From Abditibacteriaceae bacterium (GTDB lineage: Bacteria > Armatimonadota > Abditibacteriia > Abditibacteriales > Abditibacteriaceae): DNA of 64,000 bases. The position numbers and the translations under genes are program-made. The stretch spans positions 2,784,001 through 2,848,000 of the forward strand of contig OZ255721.1 of the NCBI GenBank assembly GCA_965277285.1, read 5' to 3'. The notes under the pieces are model-generated. The model was not told the origin of the DNA, did not search any database, and saw only the letters and a list, made by a program, of their open reading frames with translations. Numbering within the stretch: position 1 is the stretch's first letter; the number at the start of each line of letters is the position of its first letter. Positions 20,944 to 29,350 of the stretch are shown in pieces.

Positions 20944-21088
20944 GAGGACACGGAACTTCGTTACATCCGCCCAGAGGGCACCCGAAACGGATAAACACGG
21001 ATTTTGATAGATGAAGGTATCGAGTATTCATTCTTCTTTTTCTGATCCGTGTTCATCCGTTCAATCCGTGTATGAAATCCGTGTTCTC
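20944..21088. repeat. ACACGGA/ATCCGTG tandem-inverted repeat element
   Basis: GAGGACACGGA...AAACGGATAAACACGGAT ... ATCCGTGTTCATCCGTTCAATCCGTG..ATCCGTGTTCTC. Confidence 0.6.
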
Positions 21089-21388
21089 TAATCGAGTACT
21101 CGATGTTGTCATGGCGGAACTTGAAGGCGCTGGATTCCGTCCCAGATTGTGAGATTCGACAAAACCCTGAGATTGTGGCATAATGCCCGTTCGTGCCTCA
21201 GAGAAGCGCGTTTCGCCGGACAGGTGGCGAAACCTTTTTTGTGCCCCAAAATTGCACCGGAAAACGCGACGTTTCGACAGCGCTGTATTATTCGATAGCG
21301 ACGTATCAGACGAACTACACGACGTTTTCCAATGCCACATTCCTGCGCCGCTTCCTGAGAGATGGCGTGATCTCGATGAGGAGATTCA

Positions 21389-22285
21389 ATGACGAAGAAC
21401 TTTCAAAATACACAAAACTCGCGCGGCGTGGAAACCACCAGCGCCGCTTTGCCCGATGCCGTCGCCGCGTGGGTCAAGATGGCGCAGAAAACGCCGCTGC
21501 TCACCGCCAATGAAGAAAAAGAATTGGGTCGTCGCATCGCGCAGGGCGATGAAGAAGCTTACCAGCGCATGGTCGAAGCCAACCTGCGCCTGGTCATCAC
21601 GATGGCGTTGAAGCAATTGCATCAAGGCCACAACCATTCGCTGACTTTGGCCGATCTGATTCAGGAAGGCAACTTCGGCTTGATGCGCGCCGCCCGCAAG
21701 TTCGATCCCGCTCTGGGTTATCGTTTCTCGACCTATGCTTCGTTCTGGATTCGCCAGGCGATGAGCCGCGCCATAGCTGACCAAGCCAAGATGGTGCGTG
21801 TTCCCGCTCACATCGCCGAACTGACAAAAACAGCTTACCGCACGATTGCGCTGTTGGTGCAGGCTTTGGGTCGCCAGCCAAACGTGGACGAACTGGCCGC
21901 CAAGCTGGGCGTGTCGAAAGATACGGCTGCCTTGGTCTTGCTCAACATGAGCGAAACTTTCAGTTTGGACGATGAAATCGGCGAAACCGGCGATGGCGAA
22001 GATTTCGTCGATATGTTGCGCGACGCGGACGCCGTTGTTCCCGAAGAAGCGGCGGAAACCGCGATGTTGCGCGAAGAAGTGCGCGATGCCTTGGACGAAC
22101 TTTCCGAACGCGAGCAGGAAGTCGTCAAGTTGCGCTACGGATTGCATGGCGGCAAAGCGCACACCTTGCAGGAATTGGGCGCGCACTTCAAAGTCAGCCG
22201 CGAACGCGTGCGACAAATCGAAGGTCAAGCATTGCGCAAACTCCGTAAAGGCGGCCTCGCGCAAGCCGTTCGCAACAATCCGTAA
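21389..22285 (+). CDS. RNA polymerase sigma-70 factor, RpoD/RpoS-like, lacking region 1.1
   Basis: EANLRLV, DLIQEGNFGLMRAARKFD, FSTYASFWIRQA, VSRERVRQIE; GAGGAG RBS. Confidence 0.92.
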   Translation: MTKNFQNTQNSRGVETTSAALPDAVAAWVKMAQKTPLLTANEEKELGRRIAQGDEEAYQRMVEANLRLVITMALKQLHQGHNHSLTLADLIQEGNFGLMRAARKFDPALGYRFSTYASFWIRQAMSRAIADQAKMVRVPAHIAELTKTAYRTIALLVQALGRQPNVDELAAKLGVSKDTAALVLLNMSETFSLDDEIGETGDGEDFVDMLRDADAVVPEEAAETAMLREEVRDALDELSEREQEVVKLRYGLHGGKAHTLQELGAHFKVSRERVRQIEGQALRKLRKGGLAQAVRNNP

Positions 22286-22309
22286 GGCCATCCGAGTACT
22301 CGATTTCCC

Positions 22310-22340
22310 AAGCGAACCAGAAATTTTCTGGTTCGCTTTT
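22310..22340 (+). terminator. Intrinsic terminator after the sigma gene
   Basis: AAGCGAACCAGAAATTTTCTGGTTCGCTTTT hairpin plus T-run. Confidence 0.7.
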
Positions 22341-22456
22341 CTTTTGATAATATCAAGATGGCAAAATTGATGCACGATGAAAGAGCAGTCGCCACCAGCT
22401 ATGAAACTGCGCTGGCGCGAGGGCTGTCGCGCTCACATTTTTGAAGGAGTTTAAAT

Positions 22457-22624
22457 ATGATCCATCGGTTTTTAATGGAAGAAGAAGGGCAGACTTTGGT
22501 TGAATATGGTTTGCTGGTTTCGCTGATCGCTCTGGTTGTTATCGCGGTTTTGAGTTTTCTGGGCAAGAGAGTGCAAACGGTTTTCAACGTCGCCAACAAT
22601 GCTTTGAAGACAGCGACTTCGTAA
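22457..22624 (+). CDS. flp: Flp/Fap type IVb pilin, 55 aa (absent from the ORF track)
   Basis: Own translation MIHRFLMEEEG/QTLVEYGLLVSLIALVVIAVLSFLGKRVQTVFNVANNALKTATS*; G|xxxxEY prepilin motif; GAAGGAG RBS. Confidence 0.93.
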   Translation: MIHRFLMEEEGQTLVEYGLLVSLIALVVIAVLSFLGKRVQTVFNVANNALKTATS

Positions 22625-22632
22625 AGCGTAAT

Positions 22633-22671
22633 AAAAAAGCCCGCTTCCATGCAACAGAAGCGGGCTTTTTC
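22633..22671. terminator. Bidirectional intrinsic terminator between flp and arc
   Basis: AAAAAAGCCCGCTTC-loop-GAAGCGGGCTTTTT. Confidence 0.8.
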
Positions 22672-22692
22672 GTTCCTTGAGTACTCGATTGC

Positions 22693-24498
22693 CTAAATCA
22701 CGCTGCGACGACTTTGCAGCTTTTCTCGTGCGCCGCGCACAATCGGCTTGATGGTAACGACATTTTCCGGCTCGTAATCCAGCAACTTGAGCCAATCTTC
22801 GATGATGTCGTTCTTGGGGAAAATCTCGTTTTCCTTGAACTCCATATTGATGGCGCGTTCTATGTCGTCTTTGGAAACGCCTTCGTTGGACGACTTCACA
22901 TCAATTGAACGCTTGATAGCGAAATCTTTGGCGCGCTCGACGACACTGGTAATCAAAGCGCCGCTGAGCAAGTCTTTGTAATACAAGGTCTCGACGCCGC
23001 CGCTGCGCGTGTAAACCTCGATGAACTCGGTTTCGGGCGATTTGCGAAAAACGTGTGTGACCGCCGCATCAACTAACGCCTGACGCGCTTGTTCGTTGTC
23101 ATTCGAGTACTCGTTCAGCAAATCGGGCGACAATGGCAAATCTTTGTGCAGGTAAATCTCGAAGATCTGTCGCGTCGCGTGACGGTCGGGACGGCGAATC
23201 TTCACTTTGCGGTCGATGCGCTCGGGTCGCAAAATCGCCGGATCAATGTAATCGGGACGGTTGCTCGTCAAAATCACGACGACGTTTTCCAGGCTGACCA
23301 AACCATCCATTTCCGCCGCGAACTGTGGCACAACGGTGTTTTGAATGTTCAGGCCGCGCCCTGAAGAACGCGTGCGCAAAATGCTTTCGGCTTCGTCGAT
23401 GAAGATGAAAACCAGGTTGCCTTCTTTGGATTTTTCGCGCGCTGTCTGAAAGATTTCACGAATCTGACGCTCGGTTTCGCCCAGCCACATATTGAGAATC
23501 TTCGGCCCGTTGATGAGCATGAAGTATTCTTTGAGGTTCTGTCCCGTGCGCTGATTGTACTCGCGCGTCAAGTTGTAAGCTGTCGCTTTGCCGATGAGGG
23601 TTTTGCCGCAACCTGGCGGGCCATAAAGCAAAATGCCCTTCAGCGGTTTTTTGCCGAAACGCTCGAATAATTCGGGATAAAGCAGCGGCAATTCGATGGT
23701 GTCGCGGATCAGTTGAATCGCTTCTTCTTGCCCGCCGATCTTTTCCCATGGCAATTCCGGCACTTCCTCCAAGAAATAATCGCGCGTTTCGTTACCCGCA
23801 AAATGCTCCAGTGCGACTTTGAAGTTCGGCTCCATGCGCACTTCGTCGCCAGTTTTCAGTTCGACACCAAGCAATTTGCTGCCGCGAAAAATGACGCGCC
23901 CGCCTTGTCCCGGCGTATCGGCGCCGACGCGCAAACGTTCCTCATCCAAAACGTCGCTGATTTTGGTGATCGGGCCGTTGGTCGCTGGCCCCAAATCGCC
24001 GACAATCGCGTACGCTTCATTGACTTTGACGCGCGTGCCGATTTCAAATTCTTTCTGTTCCAATTTCGGGTCGATCATCACAACGAACTCTTGATCGCCG
24101 ACCGCGATGCTGGCGGTTTCAATGATGGTGTCGCCGTTTTCGTCTTTGACTTTTTCTTCGCGCTTGCCCAGAAAAACGCCGATGCGGTTGGCTGGCTGTG
24201 TCAGCTTTTGATAAGCCTCTTCAAATTCGCCCAAAGCCTGCGCTGCTTCTTCCAATTGCTGCGCATCGACTTCGAGTTGGTGGCGCAACAACAGCAGGTA
24301 TTGCCGCGTGCGGCTGTCGATGTTGGTGGCGTTGTTTAGGATTTCGTCCAGCAGCGCCGTCGCTTTGAGACGCGTTTCGGGAAGTTGAAAACCAATGTCG
24401 TCGCGGTTGTCGCGGCGTCCGCCTTGCGTCAAATCGCCCAGGCGTTCGTTGTCGTTGAAATCGTAATCGTCGCGGTCACGTCCGTTCTTTTTAGCCAT
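22693..24498 (-). CDS. arc: Proteasome-associated AAA ATPase (ARC/Mpa family)
   Basis: N-terminal coiled coil and OB domains, LEEVPELPWEKIGG, GILLYGPPGCGKTL, IFIDEAE, IDPAILRPERIDRKVKIRRPD; start placed at MAKKNG. Confidence 0.88.
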   Translation of the reverse strand: MAKKNGRDRDDYDFNDNERLGDLTQGGRRDNRDDIGFQLPETRLKATALLDEILNNATNIDSRTRQYLLLLRHQLEVDAQQLEEAAQALGEFEEAYQKLTQPANRIGVFLGKREEKVKDENGDTIIETASIAVGDQEFVVMIDPKLEQKEFEIGTRVKVNEAYAIVGDLGPATNGPITKISDVLDEERLRVGADTPGQGGRVIFRGSKLLGVELKTGDEVRMEPNFKVALEHFAGNETRDYFLEEVPELPWEKIGGQEEAIQLIRDTIELPLLYPELFERFGKKPLKGILLYGPPGCGKTLIGKATAYNLTREYNQRTGQNLKEYFMLINGPKILNMWLGETERQIREIFQTAREKSKEGNLVFIFIDEAESILRTRSSGRGLNIQNTVVPQFAAEMDGLVSLENVVVILTSNRPDYIDPAILRPERIDRKVKIRRPDRHATRQIFEIYLHKDLPLSPDLLNEYSNDNEQARQALVDAAVTHVFRKSPETEFIEVYTRSGGVETLYYKDLLSGALITSVVERAKDFAIKRSIDVKSSNEGVSKDDIERAINMEFKENEIFPKNDIIEDWLKLLDYEPENVVTIKPIVRGAREKLQSRRSVI

Positions 24499-24638
24499 GA
24501 TTGAGTACTCGTTGAAGGGAAAAATCGAACAACGCGCACCAAGACTAACGGCGCACCAAATGGGTTCCGTTTGCGCGCATCGAGTACTCGATACTCGTTT
24601 TAAGCAGCCAGCATCAAGGTGAAATTGATTCGCCATTC

Positions 24639-25220
24639 TCAAGCGTTCAGCCAGGCTCGCTCTTCTGCGTAAAAGGATTGGACTTGCTCGGGTTGATCGT
24701 CGCCCAGCAAATCGTTGCGCACGGAGTAACCACGCAAGCTGAGGGAAGCCGCGATCAGCGCGTAGGAAGCGCGATAGGACGTCACCGACTGAGGATCGAA
24801 GGTCAGCGTCTGGCCTGGAATTGCTGCAGTCAGGGTATCGCGCTCGTAAATTGCGTTAAGCGAATGAATTTTCCACTGACCGTCGCGGCGCTCCAGGCGG
24901 TAGTTCAAGCGCGTGTAAGAAATCAGGTCGGCGGGGATGCCTTGCCAATCGATGCGGAATTCGACGCCAGTTGAGATCTCGACCAAGGCGCGGTCACCGT
25001 TCACATCAATGACCGGCGGCCCCAAGCGATGAACGGCGCGGTCGCCACGCTCGGACATCGCTGCGGAGCGCGACACGAAATCCGGGCCGCTTCCCGAAAA
25101 CCAACTCAGCGCCACCGTGGAATCGGGCCAAAAACAATCGTTCATTTGCGACCACCAGCCGCGATCCCGACCCTGGCGCTCGTGCAACACGACCTGACTG
25201 ATGCTGTTGATGTCATCCAT
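24639..25220 (-). CDS. NTF2/SnoaL-like protein
   Basis: 'ERQGRDRGWW', 'HRLGPPVIDVNGDRA', 'RRDGQWKI...IYERD'. Confidence 0.75.
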   Translation of the reverse strand: MDDINSISQVVLHERQGRDRGWWSQMNDCFWPDSTVALSWFSGSGPDFVSRSAAMSERGDRAVHRLGPPVIDVNGDRALVEISTGVEFRIDWQGIPADLISYTRLNYRLERRDGQWKIHSLNAIYERDTLTAAIPGQTLTFDPQSVTSYRASYALIAASLSLRGYSVRNDLLGDDQPEQVQSFYAEERAWLNA

Positions 25221-25253
25221 AATTCACCTTTCCAGTACTCGATGCGGGTTTGG

Positions 25254-25466
25254 TAACCAGTGGTGCAGGTTTGCTGAAGCCCACCACTGAAATCCACCAC
25301 TGAAATCCACCACTGAAGCAGTGGCTGATGAAAAAAGCCCCAGGAATGGGACTGAACAGGAGGCGTAATGTTACGCAGGAGGCCGATTTAACGGTCTTGC
25401 CAATGTCAGCCCGTTCATTCATGGGCGGGTGTCGTCCCTTTGAACCTAAACCCGCACCACTGGTTA
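25254..25466. mobile_element. MITE/REPIN-like element with 19-bp terminal inverted repeats
   Basis: TAACCAGTGGTGCAGGTTT / AAACCCGCACCACTGGTTA; internal ~3x CCACCACTGAAAT; one arm recurs at 38889-38905. Confidence 0.65.
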
Positions 25467-25497
25467 ATAGCGTCTTGGAAGTCAAGCGCGGTAGGAA

Positions 25498-25541
25498 ACA
25501 CGATGCTGCAACATCGAGTACTCGATGTTGCAGCATCGTGT
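25498..25541. repeat. 44-bp perfect palindrome centred on the 12-bp motif
   Basis: ACACGATGCTGCAACATCGAGTACTCGATGTTGCAGCATCGTGT. Confidence 0.9.
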
Positions 25542-25579
25542 CCTTTATCTTCTTTAAACGCATTCTGCGAGCTGAAACT

Positions 25580-26410
25580 TCATTGTGGCGCTTGTGCTCC
25601 CAGCTTGTTCGTCAGAATTGCCGCGAGTTCTGGCGCGAACTCGGTGCTCGCTGAGACATAGCCGACGTGTCCGCCAGGAACGTCCACCATTTCAAGACCC
25701 AGTTTTTCGGCTAAGGCGCGCGCCGTGCGGTTGGCCATATCGCCTGCGGAGGCGCGCCCGCCCAGTACGACGAGTTTGTCAGCGTGAGTAGCTAAAGTGT
25801 CCAAGTCGAGATCGGCAATTGGATATTCGCGGCATTCGCGTTCAAACCAGTAGGTCGCGTTCGCCATGGTGAACGGCCCACGTCGTGCGTCGGGCGCAAC
25901 GCTCATCGCGGCGCGGTCGGCGGCTCCAATGATTTTCTCGCTGAAGACCTGACGCGCGGCGATAATGCCCGAAGTGCGGTAGATGTCGTAGATAACGTTC
26001 ATTCCGCTGACGCGTTGTTCGCCGTCGGGAAGCATTTTGACAACTGGAGGTTCGTGGGCTAAAAGTAAGCGAACCGCATCGGGATGGCGCACCAAAACCT
26101 GAAGCGCCACAATCGCGCCGGAACTGCTGCCGAAAACAATCGCGGGTTCGGTACTGAGGTGAGCGATCAGCCGCTGCACATCGTCTGCATCAGTTTGCAA
26201 ACGGTGCGCGTAATCTTGCGCATCGGTCAGAAAGCTTTCAGAAAAGCCGCGACGATCATAGGTCAGCACGGTGTATTTATCGGCGAGCGCGTGCGCCAGA
26301 TTTTGATAAATGCCGTGTTCGCCATTCGCGCCGGGAATCAAGACCAGCAACGGGCCGCTGCCGACGACTTGATAATTGAGAGTTGCGCCTGGAACGTCCA
26401 AGACACTCAT
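25580..26410 (-). CDS. Alpha/beta hydrolase
   Basis: YDRRGFS, FGSSSGA nucleophile elbow, HEPP, PGGHVG. Confidence 0.88.
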   Translation of the reverse strand: MSVLDVPGATLNYQVVGSGPLLVLIPGANGEHGIYQNLAHALADKYTVLTYDRRGFSESFLTDAQDYAHRLQTDADDVQRLIAHLSTEPAIVFGSSSGAIVALQVLVRHPDAVRLLLAHEPPVVKMLPDGEQRVSGMNVIYDIYRTSGIIAARQVFSEKIIGAADRAAMSVAPDARRGPFTMANATYWFERECREYPIADLDLDTLATHADKLVVLGGRASAGDMANRTARALAEKLGLEMVDVPGGHVGYVSASTEFAPELAAILTNKLGAQAPQ

Positions 26411-26481
26411 AACTTGCTCCTTTAGAAAGTGCGAAAATAGAAAGTGCGAAAACGCTTTTTGCGAGCGCGTTTCCGCTAACT

Positions 26482-26997
26482 TTAATAGCTTTGCCAGCTT
26501 TCCGGCAAAGCTTTCATCAAAGCCGCACAGTGAACGTTGAAGGGCAGCAGGTTCGTCCCCGAAAGTTTGTCGCTCAGCGTTTTGAAGTCGGGACGCAACG
26601 CGATTTCCTCGTATTGCGCCAGCAGAATTTGCGCGTCAAAAACCAACATGCCGCGGATGCCCAAGCGACGATGCAGAACGTAAATCGCTGATAACATCGT
26701 TGGCAGCATGATCGGCTGCATATCGTCCTGACCGCCATAAACCGTGACATCCAATTCATATTTGTAGCGGCTGAACGGAATTGCGCCGTCTTGCGTGGGC
26801 GCGCCAAAAGGATCGTATTGGGGATTGAACGTGTTAAGACTTAAATCCAGTGAAACGCTGTTGAAAAACGCCGAATAAGCCGTTTCCGGCGCGCCGATGG
26901 TCGGTTCGAGATGGCAGCCAATCCATTGATTGCAATCGGCCACCAACTCCGGCAAATCTTTTTCCGCATTGAAATAATAACCAAGTGAAACGCTCAT
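26482..26997 (-). CDS. Hypothetical protein
   Basis: Open frame with plausible composition in a run of minus-strand genes; no motif recognised; start uncertain. Confidence 0.55.
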   Translation of the reverse strand: MSVSLGYYFNAEKDLPELVADCNQWIGCHLEPTIGAPETAYSAFFNSVSLDLSLNTFNPQYDPFGAPTQDGAIPFSRYKYELDVTVYGGQDDMQPIMLPTMLSAIYVLHRRLGIRGMLVFDAQILLAQYEEIALRPDFKTLSDKLSGTNLLPFNVHCAALMKALPESWQSY

Positions 26998-27080
26998 AAA
27001 AGAATCCGAAAACGACAAGTTGATTCATTTCAGCAATTACGCCACGATTCGAGTACTCGATGTTCGTTTATCACATTTTG

Positions 27081-27554
27081 TCACGAACTAACCTTCAGAA
27101 GATGCGCCCAAATGCGAATGATGTGCGCGTCTTTAGAAAACGGCACTTTGTGTAATTTCAAGATCGCCTCGACAGCGCTTGTGTAATCGTTATCTGTGTA
27201 CTCAATGTTTTTGCTTGAATCATAAATCCAATGCGGATTCTTCTTCCTTTCGTACGGATCAATGTCCAGCCATTCGATTTCCAAGAATATGATCGGCCCG
27301 AGAGTACCAAATTCGACATAAGCCTCATGCCTTGCGCTTCGTGACATCCATGTCCACTCGTAAGAGTCAGGATCAGCAAGCGGTTGTAATGTTTTGATGC
27401 GATAGTTCAGATGAAGAGGACAAAGCGCATCCAGCACATTGCGCCACTTTGTATTGTTCATCAAACTTGTCGCGCCTTCGCGCTCAAGAAAAGCGTGCAA
27501 TTTTTCACGTCGCGTTACCATAGATTGAATCTTTGACCTGGCATTATCAAACAC
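27081..27554 (-). CDS. Hypothetical protein (DUF6678-like 'MNNTKWR' family)
   Basis: MNNTKWR...EIEWLDI...IRIWAH pattern; lower GC than neighbours. Confidence 0.55.
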   Translation of the reverse strand: MFDNARSKIQSMVTRREKLHAFLEREGATSLMNNTKWRNVLDALCPLHLNYRIKTLQPLADPDSYEWTWMSRSARHEAYVEFGTLGPIIFLEIEWLDIDPYERKKNPHWIYDSSKNIEYTDNDYTSAVEAILKLHKVPFSKDAHIIRIWAHLLKVSS

Positions 27555-27569
27555 CGAGGCATCGTAGTC

Positions 27570-28544
27570 TTACAACTTCCCCAATGTCTCGAAAAAACTT
27601 TCGCTTTGCAGTTCATTCCAACGGGTGCGGGCGCGACCTAATAAGTAACGCTTGCGCGATTCGCCGTGCTTGAGAAATTGCAGCAAATCTTCGGGCGCCG
27701 CTGACAATCGAGTACTCGATGGTGCTTCATCGGGCGCGGGAACGTGCAAATCGAAGGCTTCGCCCGCGACTTCGCGCAAGACGGCGCGGTCGTTCATTTC
27801 GCCCAGCAAATCCTGCAAGCCGGTGATTGTTTTGATGGAAGTTTTGACTTCGCTCGCCCAGCACGGCGCGAAAAATTCCAGCGTGTAACGAAGTCTCTTC
27901 AATGATTTGCGCAGTTCGTGGTGGCCTTCGATGTTGAGCGAATCGTTCAACACTTCAGCATAGAACGCGACTTCTGCCAGGCGATGCGGCAAGACTTTGT
28001 GCGCGGCTTCACTCAGCGTCATTGGCGGCGCGGTCGCGGCGGGGAGTCCCAGCGTCCAGCGCGCCACGCGTTCGCGCAAATGTCCGGCTTCCTGCGCGCG
28101 ATTGACGCGACGCACCATCGGCGCAAACGCATCGGCGCGCTCGTTTTGCAAATGGCGTTCAAACGCCGAAAGTCCGGGCGCTTCGATAATTTTTCTGCTC
28201 AGCTTGGTTTTCGAGTACTCGCGCAGATAATCGTCGAGCACATCAAAGTCGCGGACAGCGCCCAGAGCATCGCCCAGTTTGGCGAAGTCTTTGCGTTCAA
28301 CCGCAAACTCGCGGCGCAAACTTTCATTTAAGAGCGGCTCGGTTTTGGTGCCTTCAAAATTTTGCAGAGCGGAGCGCAAACGCCGAATCGCCACGCGCAT
28401 ATCGTGCAGCGCATCGGCATCGCCCGCCACGACTTTGGGCGCGTATTTCCACGCGGTTTCCCACAGGTAAAAGAAGAGTTTGGAGGCGCCAGAAGTCGCG
28501 CTGTCGTCGGGTTGAAGGTTCGCTTCGGTTGCTAAATCAGCCAT
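27570..28544 (-). CDS. CHAD domain protein (polyphosphate-binding family)
   Basis: LHDMRVAIRRLRS, LGAVRDFDV, HELRKSLKRLRYTLEFF, LQDLLGEMND. Confidence 0.9.
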   Translation of the reverse strand: MADLATEANLQPDDSATSGASKLFFYLWETAWKYAPKVVAGDADALHDMRVAIRRLRSALQNFEGTKTEPLLNESLRREFAVERKDFAKLGDALGAVRDFDVLDDYLREYSKTKLSRKIIEAPGLSAFERHLQNERADAFAPMVRRVNRAQEAGHLRERVARWTLGLPAATAPPMTLSEAAHKVLPHRLAEVAFYAEVLNDSLNIEGHHELRKSLKRLRYTLEFFAPCWASEVKTSIKTITGLQDLLGEMNDRAVLREVAGEAFDLHVPAPDEAPSSTRLSAAPEDLLQFLKHGESRKRYLLGRARTRWNELQSESFFETLGKL

Positions 28545-28673
28545 GCCGCCAAGTTTAACGTTTCGTTAAGAAGGGAATGTTAAATGGCGGTGCAAAGTTC
28601 ATCCGGTCAACCTACGAAATACCAGAAAAACGAAATGCCAGAAAACTTTTGCACAACGACTAAAATGATGCTT

Positions 28674-29252
28674 TCATTCGATAGAGCGCCGAAAAACGTC
28701 CAACACTTTCTGCAGCTTCTCAGAAAACGCTGCATCGCTTAAAAGCGTGTCTGCATCAATGCGATTGGATGGCAAAGCGAGATGAAACGCGTCATTTTCG
28801 ATGACGTTCGCCATCATCACCGACAGCGTTTCGCGCAATGAATTTTGTGCGTGCGTCGATTGCAGCGACAGGTTGAGCAACGCGACCGGCTTGTGCATCA
28901 ATTCGCCGCTCGACACGATCCAGTCGAGCGCGTTTTTCAAGACGCCAGGAACACCGTGAGCATATTCGGGGCTGCAAATAAGAACGGCGTCGGCCTTGTG
29001 CAACGTAGCGCGCCAATCGAGTACTCGATGCGGCGGCGTTTCGGTGTCCAGATCTGGGTTGAAAAACGGCAGTTCGCCGAGCAAAGGACAGAGCGTGATT
29101 TCAAGATGGGGCGGCGCCAACTGCGAAAGCACATTGAGGACGCGCGTGTTGGAAGAAGCGGCGCGCAGACTGCCGGAAATCGCTAAAATAAGGAGCGGTT
29201 TCTCCATTGGCGTCTGGTTGTTCTGGTTCATCGTTGAGGTTCCAGTTTGCAC
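28674..29252 (-). CDS. NADPH-dependent FMN reductase
   Basis: ISGSLRAASSN, SPEYAHGVPGVLKNALDW. Confidence 0.92.
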   Translation of the reverse strand: MQTGTSTMNQNNQTPMEKPLLILAISGSLRAASSNTRVLNVLSQLAPPHLEITLCPLLGELPFFNPDLDTETPPHRVLDWRATLHKADAVLICSPEYAHGVPGVLKNALDWIVSSGELMHKPVALLNLSLQSTHAQNSLRETLSVMMANVIENDAFHLALPSNRIDADTLLSDAAFSEKLQKVLDVFRRSIE

Positions 29253-29350
29253 GTTTTTATTTTGCTGAACGCGGTGTCATTCTATTTTTTGCAAGCGCAA
29301 AATCCAGTCGTTTTCCAGTGCATTTATTTAGGATTATCGTCCGAGCTTTT

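Noticed and set aside
24499..24642. Long N-terminal extensions in the ORF track (arc, gpmI, DUF1015, polA, FKBP, fadD)
   Set aside because: They run through intergenic repeats or neighbouring genes; downstream ATGs fit RBS position or family N-termini better
25281..25317. 13-bp tandem repeat as a mini-CRISPR or iteron set
   Set aside because: No spacers and no rep gene; it lies inside a MITE-like element
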